Part shown: positions 39,701 through 50,143 of the stretch, one piece after another | Position numbering within the stretch: the first letter of the stretch is position 1 | Layout: each line of letters starts with the position of its first letter | From: an uncultured bacterium | Lineage (GTDB): Bacteria > Oederibacteriota > PGYV01 > CAWJRG01 | Length of the DNA stretch: 64,000 bases | Assembly (NCBI GenBank): GCA_963845185.1 | Contig: CAWJRG010000001.1 | Location: forward strand, 160,001 to 224,000 | Direction: 5' to 3' | Program-made: the position numbers and the translations under genes | The notes under the pieces: generated by a model | Databases searched by the model: none | What the model was told of the DNA's origin: nothing | Seen by the model: the letters and a program-made list of their open reading frames with translations, nothing else

Positions 39701-42202
39701 TTAGATTTTTTCTATGACTTTTTTAAGTAAATTTATATATTTTTTTAAAATTGCTTTTGTAGATTTTGCGGTCTTTGCTTCCGCGTAAATATGAAAAACC
39801 GGCCTGTCGTTATCGGGTATAATAAGAGCCCTGCCGCCTTTTTCCTTGAATTGAATACCCTCTATATCGTCGCCACCGGCTTTTCTAATTGTGATAAGCT
39901 GCTTCATTACCGCGCCCCTTATTTCCATGGCAATAGGCATTTCTTCTGTTAATTTTGTGTAATCCGGTATTTCATCAACTATTTTCGACAAAGGTTTGTC
40001 GTAATACGCGAGCAGCTCGAGGAATTTGACCGTGGACATCATGGCGTCAAAAGACGGTTCAAACTCCGAAAATATATACCCGCCCTTTTCCTCAGCCACA
40101 AAATCCGCCTGTTTGGTATCAGCAGCTTTCATCATTGCCCTGTATGTTGTGCCCACCCTAATAACGCTGCCTCCAAGCTTATTTACCATTTCCTCAATTT
40201 TATTCGTAACATTCACCGGCACAGCTATAACGGCTTTCTTGTTTTTATTTAAAAATAATTTGCTCATGACCATAAGCGCGTGGTCGTTTAAAAGCGCCCT
40301 GCCCCTGTCATCCACTATAGATATTTTCTGGCATCCGGCGTCTATCATTATCCCTGCCGAAGCTTTCAGCGTCTTGACCATTTCCGAAAGCTTTAAGAGT
40401 TCCTCTTTTGTCTTTTCGGGTGACCGTGTCAGCCTGCTCTCATCCGTATGCGCATTTAGCGCTATTACCTCGCAGTTCAACTCCCCTAGTATCGAAGGAA
40501 ATATATTCACCGCGCTCGAGTATGAGTAATCAATGATAATCTTAAATTTTTTTTCCTTTATCTTTTCTTTATCAACCGCCCGCATAAATCCTTCCCTGTA
40601 ATATTCAAGCGCGCGCGGAGGATAAAGGACGACTCCCACCTTGTCGTTTTCAACCCTCCTGTATTCCTCCCTGAAAAAAGAAGACTCGATTGATTTTTCC
40701 CAGGAAAAGGATATGTCAAGCCCTTCGCTGTCGAAAAATTTTATATCCAGCATCTTCTCGTCATACGGGGATTTCCTGATATGAAACCCCGGGACTTTTA
40801 AGGATTTACCGACATATTTTGTCACGGACAATGGCATAATCCTCATGTCGTAAATATTAACCCCTGCCGAAAGGATGCCGGACATAATACTGCGCTCAAT
40901 CATAAACGAGCTTCTGTGATAATCCCTGCTAACAAGTACATAGCTGTCTTTTGGCAGGGCAGACGCATAAGCTGCCCCTATTTTCGCGCCTATTTCCGGC
41001 GTAAGTTCCTTGTTTGCCACGGCTGTTATGCCGTAAACGTCAAAAATGTGGTTACTCCACCTCTCGCCCCATATAAGCGACGAGGAAACTGTCGAAAAAT
41101 CATCGACCGTTTTATTCGGCCAAAGTTTTACCTCTGGTTTTATTATTGTCTCCTTGCCAATAAAACAATTGTCCGATATTACCGCGCCGACACCGATATA
41201 AGCTTTCCACCTGATCTTATTGCCCGTACCGAGAACCGCTTCCTTTATGTCGACTTCCTTTTCTATGACGTTTTTATCCCAAATTATTGACTTTACTATT
41301 TTTGCGCCGCTGTCTATATAACAGCCGTCGCCTATAACCGAGTTCGCTATTTCCACGCCTTCTTCTATGGTGCAGTTGTCGCCTATTACAACCGACTCCT
41401 TTAATACTGCCGAAGGGTCGATTTTTACATTATGCCCGATCCATATATCCCGCCCTATATTTCCCTTTCTCTCGCCTTTTATTTCACATTCAATTTCTCC
41501 GTTTAAAATATCCTCATGCGTATGCCTGTATTCGGCAAGTGTACCTATATCCCTCCAGTAGCCTGTTGCAATATGCCCGAATAGTTTTTCTTTTTTTTCA
41601 ACAAGATCCGGGAATAAATTTTTGCTTGTGTCGTAGCTGGTATCTTTTGGTATATAATTGAATATCTGCGGGTCAAAAACAAATATTCCTGCATTTACAG
41701 TATCCGAAAAAACCTCGCCCCATGATGGTTTCTCAAGCATTTTTTTGATTCTCCCGTCAGAATCGGCTATTACGATGCCGTAGCGCAAAGGGTCTTTTAC
41801 ATGCGTCAAAAGCATGGTAGCAATTGCGCGCTTTTTATTATGAAACTCCATTGCCTCGGTTAAATTAAAATTCGTAAGTACATCCCCTGAAATAACAAGG
41901 AACTGGTCAGACTTTAGCTGGTTGGCTGCCTGGCCCAGGCAGCCTGCCGTGCCAAGGTCCCTGTCTGACGTGACATATTTTATTTTTACGCCGTATTTGG
42001 AACCGTCGCGTAAATGCGACATTATTACCTCGGGCTGAAAATAAAGCATTATTGTTATATCTTTTAAATTGTGCTTTTTCAATAAACCGATTGTATGTTC
42101 AATTATCGGGATATTCATGATAGGTACCATGGGTTTGGGGATATTTACTGTAAGCGGTCTTAACCGTGTACCAAAACCGCCGGCAAGTATTACTGCTTTC
42201 AT
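39701..42202 (-). CDS. Mannose-1-phosphate guanylyltransferase-like protein with hexapeptide repeats and a phosphomannomutase-like domain
   Basis: LAGGFGTRLRPLT..PKP, EKP, YWRDIGT, left-handed beta-helix repeats and a PGM/PMM-like C-terminal half. Confidence 0.9.
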   Translation of the reverse strand: MKAVILAGGFGTRLRPLTVNIPKPMVPIMNIPIIEHTIGLLKKHNLKDITIMLYFQPEVIMSHLRDGSKYGVKIKYVTSDRDLGTAGCLGQAANQLKSDQFLVISGDVLTNFNLTEAMEFHNKKRAIATMLLTHVKDPLRYGIVIADSDGRIKKMLEKPSWGEVFSDTVNAGIFVFDPQIFNYIPKDTSYDTSKNLFPDLVEKKEKLFGHIATGYWRDIGTLAEYRHTHEDILNGEIECEIKGERKGNIGRDIWIGHNVKIDPSAVLKESVVIGDNCTIEEGVEIANSVIGDGCYIDSGAKIVKSIIWDKNVIEKEVDIKEAVLGTGNKIRWKAYIGVGAVISDNCFIGKETIIKPEVKLWPNKTVDDFSTVSSSLIWGERWSNHIFDVYGITAVANKELTPEIGAKIGAAYASALPKDSYVLVSRDYHRSSFMIERSIMSGILSAGVNIYDMRIMPLSVTKYVGKSLKVPGFHIRKSPYDEKMLDIKFFDSEGLDISFSWEKSIESSFFREEYRRVENDKVGVVLYPPRALEYYREGFMRAVDKEKIKEKKFKIIIDYSYSSAVNIFPSILGELNCEVIALNAHTDESRLTRSPEKTKEELLKLSEMVKTLKASAGIMIDAGCQKISIVDDRGRALLNDHALMVMSKLFLNKNKKAVIAVPVNVTNKIEEMVNKLGGSVIRVGTTYRAMMKAADTKQADFVAEEKGGYIFSEFEPSFDAMMSTVKFLELLAYYDKPLSKIVDEIPDYTKLTEEMPIAMEIRGAVMKQLITIRKAGGDDIEGIQFKEKGGRALIIPDNDRPVFHIYAEAKTAKSTKAILKKYINLLKKVIEKI

Positions 42203-42340
42203 GCACTCCTCCGTTTTTTACTGTTCTGCAACTGCAATATTTTGTTTTAAATCGTATTTTGTATTATATATGAATTTAAAGGTGATGTCAATTTTTTCGG
42301 CAGGATAGTTGTGTTTTCAGAAGTTCATGCATTTAGAATT

Positions 42341-42655
42341 TTACTGGCCTAAAAACATTTCCACTTTTTCAAGATTATCATAAATTTCAGGAAGTTTTGC
42401 GCAATCCCCCGATTTCGCGTTTTCTATGGCGCTCCGAAGTAGTTTCTCCGCAGCAGTATCTTTAAAAGGCTCAATGACCGTAAGGGTGGAAACTACCCTT
42501 AGCATTCCCTTATCTTGCCTTTCTTTAAATTCCTTATCCATATCTTCGTCTGAATATTCACTTTGAGTTTTATTATTGTTATTATAATTATCCCTATAGA
42601 TAGAAAGCCATGTATCTAAAACTTCAATAAAGTCTTCTGAAGTCACTGCTTTCAC
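42341..42655 (-). CDS. Hypothetical protein
   Basis: 104 aa, GTG start with a GGAGAG RBS, no recognisable domain. Confidence 0.5.
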   Translation of the reverse strand: MKAVTSEDFIEVLDTWLSIYRDNYNNNNKTQSEYSDEDMDKEFKERQDKGMLRVVSTLTVIEPFKDTAAEKLLRSAIENAKSGDCAKLPEIYDNLEKVEMFLGQ

Positions 42656-42961
42656 CTCTCCATCCTGCGATTGTAATTTAAATAATATTGAACCTTCTAT
42701 TTAAATTATAGCATAAAATTGAAAAAAGTCAATATATAGTATATACATTTGTTTACTTAACAACATTAATATCCCTGAAGTTTATATTATTTGTCAAATA
42801 AATAGTTGTTATTTATCATTTTATTGCAGTATTTTTCATTAATAAATTTATATGCTGATATAGTTATACTACTTATATATACATTGCTAATTTTACTTGA
42901 AAAAACCACATAAATATGTTACAATATATCTAACAAATAAATATAATATAGGGATACTTCC

Positions 42962-45070
42962 ATGAAAATTTTAGGCTATGAAGATGTTTTTAATTCACAA
43001 ACATGGGAAGAAATACAGACACAAATGGCCCAGCTACTTTGTATCGGCATACGTGTTGTCTCCGAAGACGGCAAGGTAAGCATTGAGCATGACTCATTAA
43101 AACCAGTTTGCTATTTATTTAAAGACTGTGAAAAAAACAAAAAAGCCTGCAAAGAATTCCATGACAATTACAAAGCCTCGGGCAACGATGTCCAACTGTG
43201 CCCGGGAATGATATACTGGTACAGCATGGAAACCGAATTTTTTTATAAAACTTTCAACCTCATAATCACCGCGCTTTCCGACAGAATCAATGATGACTTT
43301 GTGCGGCAATTGTCCGCTGATACCGGGATAGACACTGCCACAGTAAAATCTGTTTATTCTTCCCTCCCCTCGTATTCCGCTGAAAAAATAAAAGGATGGG
43401 CAAATTTTATAAAAATAATGTTCTCCAAAGTAATGGAACCGGCGATGCAGACAAGCATAATGTATCTGGCTGAAAAAGAAAAAGAAGAGGAAATAAACAA
43501 ACTAAAGAACCTGATGCATTCAAGCGCTGCAATAAACTCCACCAAAGACCTGCACCAGCTTCTTAGGATTATAGATGAAAGCACGGAAAAACTGATCAAT
43601 GCTGAAAAAAGCATAATTTTCCTGGCAGACCATGATATAGGCGAATTATACTATAACAGTGCAGGCACTGACAGGGATTCAATTGTTAAAACTACGCACA
43701 TAAAAATAGGCGAAGGAATCATGGGCACGGTCGTTCAAACCGGCATCTCCCTTATTGTAAACGAACTGGATAAAGAACCGCGTTTTATCGAAGCCGAACA
43801 GTTAAACGGCCTTGAAATAAAATCACTTATCTGTGTGCCTCTCAAAACAAGCGCAGGCATCATAGGCGTGATTAAAGCCGTAAACCAGGTTGACAGGAGT
43901 GGATTTTCATCAAACGACGTGGCTTTTTTGGAAGCGCTTGCGGCGCAGGCATCCATAGCAATAGAAAACGCCATTATATATGAAAACATGGAGGATGCCG
44001 CCTTTAAGCTGAACTACCAGCTAAAAAAAGCCAACTTAAATCTCGAGCTTGAAAAGCGCATGATAGAATCAATAATAAAAAACATGGAAGACGCGGTTAT
44101 CGCAATAAACAGAAACAGCAGGATAATTTTCCTTAATAAAAAAGCGGAAAAAATATTTCATTTAAAAGCCAAGGATGTTATTAATGCACCCGTCGAGTAT
44201 CATATAAAAAAATCTGACATAATCGGCGGCTTTCTTAAATCCGTCGAGACAAAATCCACCATAAAAATGGAATTTGTAATGCCTTTAAGCGAAGAAGACC
44301 ATGTTTTTGCCGCCGTGTTCGCGTCAATTATAGACGAGGAAGAAACATTTGCCGGCAGTGTTGCTGTTTTCAGGGACATAACTGAAGTTAAAAAGCTTGA
44401 CAACCTAAAAACCGAGTTTTTGAATATGATCGCGCACGAACTCAGGACTCCGCTCACCCCTATAATGGCTTATACGCAGCTACTGCTCATTAAGACCCTC
44501 ACAGAAGAAAAAGTAAAAAAATACGCCACCTTGATGTTCCGCGAAACCCAGAGAATGGGTAACATGCTAAACGACCTGCTTGACCTTTCAAGGATAGAAA
44601 GCGGCAAGGGATTAATTATGAATATAATCCCCACGGATTTAAAGCAGCTTGCTGAAAATGTCTACACTACTTTTAAGGATTCCTCGCCGAAGCACACAAT
44701 ATTGCTGGATGCCCCGGAAAATCTTTTGGTAAATGCCGACAGGGATAAAATGACCCAGGTATTGATAAACCTTCTTTCAAATGCCATGAAATACTCGCCC
44801 GACGGCGGTGAAATTAAAATAAGCCTGTATGACGGCGACGGCAACGCTTATATTTCCGTAAAAGATTCCGGCATCGGCATACCCGAGGACCTCATACCGA
44901 ATTTATTTGAAAAATTTTACAGGGTCCAGGATAAAAAAGTAAATAAAATACAGGGTACGGGCCTGGGACTTACAATAGTAAAAAAAATCATGGAATACCA
45001 TAAAGGCGGCATAAAGGTTGAAAGCACGGAAGGCAAAGGCTCCACTTTCACGGTTTATATGCCAAAATAA
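42962..45070 (+). CDS. Sensor histidine kinase (PocR-like, GAF, PAS, HisKA, HATPase), apparently cytoplasmic
   Basis: Cys-containing N-terminal domain, GEGIMG/ICVPL GAF motifs, HELRTPLT, NLLSNAMKY, DSGIG, GTGLGL; no TM segment seen. Confidence 0.92.
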   Translation: MKILGYEDVFNSQTWEEIQTQMAQLLCIGIRVVSEDGKVSIEHDSLKPVCYLFKDCEKNKKACKEFHDNYKASGNDVQLCPGMIYWYSMETEFFYKTFNLIITALSDRINDDFVRQLSADTGIDTATVKSVYSSLPSYSAEKIKGWANFIKIMFSKVMEPAMQTSIMYLAEKEKEEEINKLKNLMHSSAAINSTKDLHQLLRIIDESTEKLINAEKSIIFLADHDIGELYYNSAGTDRDSIVKTTHIKIGEGIMGTVVQTGISLIVNELDKEPRFIEAEQLNGLEIKSLICVPLKTSAGIIGVIKAVNQVDRSGFSSNDVAFLEALAAQASIAIENAIIYENMEDAAFKLNYQLKKANLNLELEKRMIESIIKNMEDAVIAINRNSRIIFLNKKAEKIFHLKAKDVINAPVEYHIKKSDIIGGFLKSVETKSTIKMEFVMPLSEEDHVFAAVFASIIDEEETFAGSVAVFRDITEVKKLDNLKTEFLNMIAHELRTPLTPIMAYTQLLLIKTLTEEKVKKYATLMFRETQRMGNMLNDLLDLSRIESGKGLIMNIIPTDLKQLAENVYTTFKDSSPKHTILLDAPENLLVNADRDKMTQVLINLLSNAMKYSPDGGEIKISLYDGDGNAYISVKDSGIGIPEDLIPNLFEKFYRVQDKKVNKIQGTGLGLTIVKKIMEYHKGGIKVESTEGKGSTFTVYMPK

Positions 45071-45084
45071 AAACGGAGGTGTTT

Positions 45085-45492
45085 ATGTTAAAGACCAGAG
45101 GGACAGTACTTGTAGTTGATGATGAGCCCGGGATTGTATCGGCGCTCGTTGACACGCTTGAAGACGATTATACTGTTTTGACCGCGACAAACGGCAGGGA
45201 GGCTCTTGAAGTAATTGAAAAAACCCCGCCGCAACTTATTCTTCTGGATATTCAGATGCCTGAAATGGATGGGCTTCAGGTTATTGAGGAAATAAAAATA
45301 CGCCATCTCAATATCAAAATCCCCGTAATTTTGCTTACCGCAAAAGGCCAGATACAGGATGTGGAAAAAGGCTTAAAAGCAGGCGCTTATGCCTATATTG
45401 TCAAGCCTTTCCTGCCGGTAAGATTAATAGAGGAAGTCAACGAGGCTTTTGATAAACTCGAGATAAGAAAGCATATGAAAAAACCGAAGTAA
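45085..45492 (+). CDS. Single-domain response regulator
   Basis: VVDDE, LLDIQMPEMDG, LTA, KPF; GGAGGT RBS favours the ATG at 45085. Confidence 0.93.
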   Translation: MLKTRGTVLVVDDEPGIVSALVDTLEDDYTVLTATNGREALEVIEKTPPQLILLDIQMPEMDGLQVIEEIKIRHLNIKIPVILLTAKGQIQDVEKGLKAGAYAYIVKPFLPVRLIEEVNEAFDKLEIRKHMKKPK

Positions 45493-45597
45493 CTATATTA
45501 TTGATTTTAGAGTATATAGGGTGTTGATTGATTTTCCTTGTTTTTATTGCTATTTTTTCACTCAACACTCGGCACTCAACACTCAGCACTTTTTTAT

Positions 45598-46236
45598 CTA
45601 GTCCATCGGCCCCGGAGGTTTTATACTGACTCTCCTGCCTTTTAAAACAAGTCGGTCCTGAAGGAATAGCTTTACCGCTTCCTTATACAGTTCATGCTCA
45701 AGCACAAGGACTTTTTTCTGCAGGGTTTCAGGAGTATCATCGTCTGCCACCGCAACGCTTTTCTGAAGAATTATAGGCCCGGTGTCCGCTTCATAATCCA
45801 CAAAATGCACGGTAGCGCCTGTTACCTTGGCCCCGTGCTCGATTACCGACTGGTGCACTTTTAAACCGTAATAACCTTTGCCCCCGAAAGAAGGCAAAAG
45901 CGCCGGGTGAATGTTTATTATCCTGCCGCTGAAATTGTCTATGAATGCTTTGGTCAGGATTTTCATGTATCCGGCAAGGCACACCAGGCAAACTCCGAAT
46001 TCGTTCATTTTCTGCGCCAGGTATGTATCGTATTCTTCCGGCGTCTTGAATGCCGCAGGGTCAAGATAAAGTGTCTTTATGCCGTGTTTTATTGCACGCT
46101 TAAGGGCATAAGCGTCCTTTTTATTGCTGAATACCACTTCTATAAGGCCGTCCTTTATATACTTTGATTCTACAGCGTCAATCAATGCCTGGAGGTTTGT
46201 GCCTCCGCCCGACGCGAACACCGCGAACTTTTTCAT
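45598..46236 (-). CDS. purN: Phosphoribosylglycinamide formyltransferase
   Basis: ASGGGTNLQA, LAGYM, NIHPALLP, GATVHFV..DTGPII. Confidence 0.97.
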   Translation of the reverse strand: MKKFAVFASGGGTNLQALIDAVESKYIKDGLIEVVFSNKKDAYALKRAIKHGIKTLYLDPAAFKTPEEYDTYLAQKMNEFGVCLVCLAGYMKILTKAFIDNFSGRIINIHPALLPSFGGKGYYGLKVHQSVIEHGAKVTGATVHFVDYEADTGPIILQKSVAVADDDTPETLQKKVLVLEHELYKEAVKLFLQDRLVLKGRRVSIKPPGPMD

Positions 46237-46328
46237 TATTACTTTACCTCATTTTATCAATTTTTAATTTGATACTTATTTTCCTTCTCGTTGCACATCG
46301 CACGTGGCACCTATTTTCCATCCCACGT

Positions 46329-48233
46329 TTATTTCACTCTTTCCAGCATTTTCCCTATCTTCGGGTCATTCGTTTTATCTGCTTCTTTAGCTTTTAAAAG
46401 ATACTCTCTTGCGTTTATCCTGTCTTTCAGCAGGTAATAAGCGCAGCCCGCGTTATAATAATAATCTTTCTCCTGTTTTAAATCAATTGCTTTTTTATAT
46501 GTATCCACAGCTTCCTTGTATTTTTTTTGCAGCATATATATATTGCCGAGGTTGTTGTATAATGCCGCGTCCCTGTTGTCTTTTTCGATTTCCTGTACCA
46601 CGCACTTTTCCGCGCCTGCGTAATCCTGCCCCTGCACGTAAATCCACATGAGCTCGTTTAAAGCAGGCAGGAAATACGGGTCGGTTTTCAGCATTTTCAA
46701 ATACTCCTGCTTTGCCCTGTCATATTCGCCTATGCCGGATAAAATCGAGCCCTTTTTGTAATGAAGCAAGATAAAATCCGGCGCCATGGCCTCAAGCTCC
46801 TTGAATTTTTCAAGCGCCTTATCCGCGTTTTTCTTGTTATCGCTATCGTAATACGCGTTTGCCAGAAAATATTGTGCGTCGAGATTGTATTTTTCGAGTT
46901 TCACAGCTTCCTCATAACCGGCAATTGCCCTGCTCCAGTCCCCTGCCTTTGAAAAAGAAACAGCCCTGAAAAGGTAAATTGATGATTTATACTCCTTGAG
47001 CTGCCTGCCCATTGCAAATATGAAAAATAATATTCCAAGCGCAAACAGGAAATATTTTGCTTTTCCTTTTATTTCAAACTCTTTATCGCCCCCGTTTAAA
47101 ATTATGCCTGCATAAAACGCGAAAAACGCAGAAGAAGAAATATAATTAAGGTCCACCCCGAACAAATTTGTAGCAAGCAGCCCCGAAAACGCAGCTAAAA
47201 AATCTATTTTTCCCCTGCCCCTGCGCATGACAATGTATATAAGAAACAAAAATATTCCGAGCCCTATAATTCCAATATCGGACATGGCCTGTAATAATAT
47301 ATTTTCCGGCTGGGTCACTTCATAGCTGTGCTGCGACGCCCATTTCATTATTTCCATGGGCCTGTAAGACGGATACACAAGCGGGAAACTCCCGGGGCCT
47401 GTGCCAAAAAGCGGATTGTCTTTTATAATGTTTAACGTGCCTTTCCATGTGTAAACCCTGAAAAATATCGAGTCGTTTTTCATGAGCCTGTCTTTATTTA
47501 AAAATGCTGTGATTGCAATCACCATAACCAATGCAGCCAAAATTATTAAAGTTTTTTTCCAGGTTATTTTTTTGCTTAAAAACACTGCCAGAAATATTAT
47601 TATTTCTACCAGCAATCCAATAATGCCTGCCTTTGAGCCTGTTTTAAAAAGGCAGAATAAACTTACCAACAAAAACGCGGCTGCCAGAAACCTCTTTGCT
47701 CCCTTATTTTCCAGTATGAGCATAAAAATTACCGGGATTATTGCCGCTAAATACGCTGCAAAAAAATTCGGGTTGCCCAGCGTTGACGGCACCCTGTCCC
47801 CAAAAACCATAAGCTCACGCGTTGCCCCTGGTATGATTGCCTGAACAAGGCCGATAATGATTGCCGGCAATGAAGACAAAACTATTATGTCCCTGATGCT
47901 GTTTATGTCTATTTCCCTGATATTGGCAATTATAAAGAAAAATAGATAAAGGATAAGCGTTGTCTGCAAAACCTCAAACCCCCTGTATCCATATTTGCTT
48001 TGCAGGGTTGATGTAAGCATCCAGATAATAAAAGCAAGCGGTATAAAGGTTGTCTTTGAAACTTTTATTTCTTTTTGTAGGGAAAAAGCAATAAAAATAA
48101 AGAACACTGCAAGAGTAAATATTATGATTTTTATATAAATGCAATCGTATGCCTTTGGCGAAAACGCCAGCGGCATGATAGTGAACAGGAACAAAAGTAT
48201 GATGCGGACTATTTTATTGGCTTTAGTTTCCAT
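46329..48233 (-). CDS. O-antigen ligase (Wzy_C) family membrane protein with C-terminal TPR repeats
   Basis: STLGNPNFFAAYL, TGSKAG, R...W......I...PLFGTGPG motifs, followed by TPRs. Confidence 0.85.
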   Translation of the reverse strand: METKANKIVRIILLFLFTIMPLAFSPKAYDCIYIKIIIFTLAVFFIFIAFSLQKEIKVSKTTFIPLAFIIWMLTSTLQSKYGYRGFEVLQTTLILYLFFFIIANIREIDINSIRDIIVLSSLPAIIIGLVQAIIPGATRELMVFGDRVPSTLGNPNFFAAYLAAIIPVIFMLILENKGAKRFLAAAFLLVSLFCLFKTGSKAGIIGLLVEIIIFLAVFLSKKITWKKTLIILAALVMVIAITAFLNKDRLMKNDSIFFRVYTWKGTLNIIKDNPLFGTGPGSFPLVYPSYRPMEIMKWASQHSYEVTQPENILLQAMSDIGIIGLGIFLFLIYIVMRRGRGKIDFLAAFSGLLATNLFGVDLNYISSSAFFAFYAGIILNGGDKEFEIKGKAKYFLFALGILFFIFAMGRQLKEYKSSIYLFRAVSFSKAGDWSRAIAGYEEAVKLEKYNLDAQYFLANAYYDSDNKKNADKALEKFKELEAMAPDFILLHYKKGSILSGIGEYDRAKQEYLKMLKTDPYFLPALNELMWIYVQGQDYAGAEKCVVQEIEKDNRDAALYNNLGNIYMLQKKYKEAVDTYKKAIDLKQEKDYYYNAGCAYYLLKDRINAREYLLKAKEADKTNDPKIGKMLERVK

Positions 48234-48270
48234 TTGTCCTTACCGTCATGGTTTCCTGCAGTTTTTTCAT

Positions 48271-48308
48271 TCTCTCCCCCTTAACAAGGGGGAACTGAAG
48301 GGGGTTTG
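48271..48308. repeat. C-run/G-run REP-like palindrome
   Basis: tctccccccttaacaagggggaactgaagggggtttg; related to copies at 54721, 54849, 55734, 63480 and 63520. Confidence 0.7.
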
Positions 48309-48375
48309 CTATGATAGCGTTTACTTTATATACTCTATTTTACTTCCTTTCATTGAAAATTGAAAATTCTTAACT

Positions 48376-48470
48376 CATAGCGTTTGTTTTGTCAAGCCGA
48401 AGGCGCTGGCAAAACATTACGCTATGAAGTACCCGTTCAAGTTTTGAGCTTGCGAAAGACAAGCGGTATT
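48376..48470. repeat. Two-hairpin structured repeat, copy 3
   Basis: catagcgt..gccgaaggc..acgctatg followed by tacccgttcaag...gacaagcggtat. Confidence 0.8.
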
Positions 48471-48476
48471 GATAAT

Positions 48477-49970
48477 TTACTTCACTACCGCCATTTTTCC
48501 CCACGCTTTTTTCTTTGTCTTTCCGTCCGCTGCCTCGATGCTGTAAATAAATACTCCGCTTGCCACTGTCTTGCCGGATTTATTGTTTCTGTCCCAGTAA
48601 ATGCTGTTCATGCCAGGCTGACCCTGCTGCTGGATTTCTTTGACAACTTCACCGCTTATTGTGTATATTTTTACATTTACCTGCGCCTCATCGCATAGCT
48701 GGTAGATTATGTTTGTGCCGTTTGAGCATGGGTTCGGCGAATTCTTGTATAAAGTCAGGCAAAGCGGCGGCGGCGGTGTAAGTGTTATTGTAAAAGTGCA
48801 CGTTATGCTTGGCGTGGGTGTTATTGTTGCTGAAACTGTATTCGTCGGCGATATTGTAAATGTAGGTGTCGCCGTCGCAGTTTCAGTGCATGTTACGTTT
48901 GGCGTTAATGTCATTGTAGAAGACGCTATTATAGTTGGCGTAGGACTGCCGCAAGGGCCGAATTCCTGGATGCTATCATGAAGTGTGTCCGCAACATACA
49001 CATCCCCGCTGCTGTCAACTGCTATTCCTTGAGGAGACTCAAACTCCCCATCACCGATTCCAAAACTGCCCCATTGGGTTATATATGTACCCGAACTGCT
49101 GAATTCCTGGATTCTTTCATTATCCGTGTCTACAACATAAACATCACCGCTGCTGTCTATTGCTATTCCTATGGAGTTATTAAAATCAAACTGCCCGTTG
49201 CCGGTTCCAGCGCTGCCCCACTGGGTTATATATGCGCCTGAGCTGCTGAATTCCTGGATTCTATTATTATGCCAATCCGTAACATATACATCCCCGCTGC
49301 TGGATACTGCCACTCCCTCAGGCCCGTTAAACTGCCCGTTGCCGGTTCCAGCGCTGCCCCACTGGGTTATATATGCGCCCGTACTGCTGAATTCTTCGAT
49401 TCTGTTATTTTCAGTATCTGCAACATACACGTCCCCATTGCTGTTTATTGCTATGCCGATAGGCCCCCCCTCATACGCATCGTTTCCAAACTGCCCGTTG
49501 CCGGTTCCAGGGCCGCTGCCCCATTGGGTTAAATACGTCCCTGTACTGCTGAATTCTTCGATTCTATAATTCCACCAGTCTGTAACATACACGTCTCCGC
49601 TGCTATCCACAGCTACTCCAAAAGAGTCATTAAACTGCCCGTTGCCACTTCCCTGACTGCCCCATTGGGTTATATATGTACCTGTATTGCTGAATTCTTC
49701 TATTCTGTAATTACCCTCGTCTGCAACATACACATCACCGCTGCTGTCTATTGCTACTCCTTCAGGCGTATTAAACTGCCCGTTGCCGGTTCCAGGAGTT
49801 GGAGAATACCAGATACTGCCCCATGCCCTGATAAAGCAGGGCGGCGAGTCAGCTAAGGCATGGGAATTTATTATGAAGAAAACAAATAAAAGAAACAGGA
49901 AATATTTTAATGATTTTGTCCAGCTTCTCTGTTTCTGTACTCCAGAAAAACTTTTTATCCGCATTTTCAT
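48477..49970 (-). CDS. Secreted NHL-repeat beta-propeller protein with a Thr-rich linker and FlgD-Ig/T9SS-CTD-like tail
   Basis: About six repeats WGS.G.GNGQF..P.G.A.DSSGDVYV.D..N.RI.EF; tail NSPNP..VKIYTISG..SGVFIY..KMAVVK. Confidence 0.9.
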   Translation of the reverse strand: MKMRIKSFSGVQKQRSWTKSLKYFLFLLFVFFIINSHALADSPPCFIRAWGSIWYSPTPGTGNGQFNTPEGVAIDSSGDVYVADEGNYRIEEFSNTGTYITQWGSQGSGNGQFNDSFGVAVDSSGDVYVTDWWNYRIEEFSSTGTYLTQWGSGPGTGNGQFGNDAYEGGPIGIAINSNGDVYVADTENNRIEEFSSTGAYITQWGSAGTGNGQFNGPEGVAVSSSGDVYVTDWHNNRIQEFSSSGAYITQWGSAGTGNGQFDFNNSIGIAIDSSGDVYVVDTDNERIQEFSSSGTYITQWGSFGIGDGEFESPQGIAVDSSGDVYVADTLHDSIQEFGPCGSPTPTIIASSTMTLTPNVTCTETATATPTFTISPTNTVSATITPTPSITCTFTITLTPPPPLCLTLYKNSPNPCSNGTNIIYQLCDEAQVNVKIYTISGEVVKEIQQQGQPGMNSIYWDRNNKSGKTVASGVFIYSIEAADGKTKKKAWGKMAVVK

Positions 49971-50062
49971 CCCTCAATTAAAGCAATTGTCAACCTTGAA
50001 CCGCTCATTATCACTCGGGTACAGGGTAAAAATTCTCAATTCCCAATTTTCAATTAAAATCA
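49862..50062 (-). repeat. ~200-bp near-identical duplication of 5' leader plus signal-peptide coding region (second copy 53584-53784)
   Basis: Direct comparison shows only a few substitutions at an offset of 3,722 bp. Confidence 0.92.
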
Positions 50063-50143
50063 AACCATATATATTATATCATATTTTTAGCAGATGAGCC
50101 ACGCTCATGCCTTAAATATCGTTCCAAGGCCATGCAACTAGAT

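Noticed and set aside
49975..50030. A known riboswitch in the NHL gene leader
   Set aside because: A hairpin is plausible, but I cannot match it to any riboswitch consensus; kept only as part of the duplicated-leader finding.
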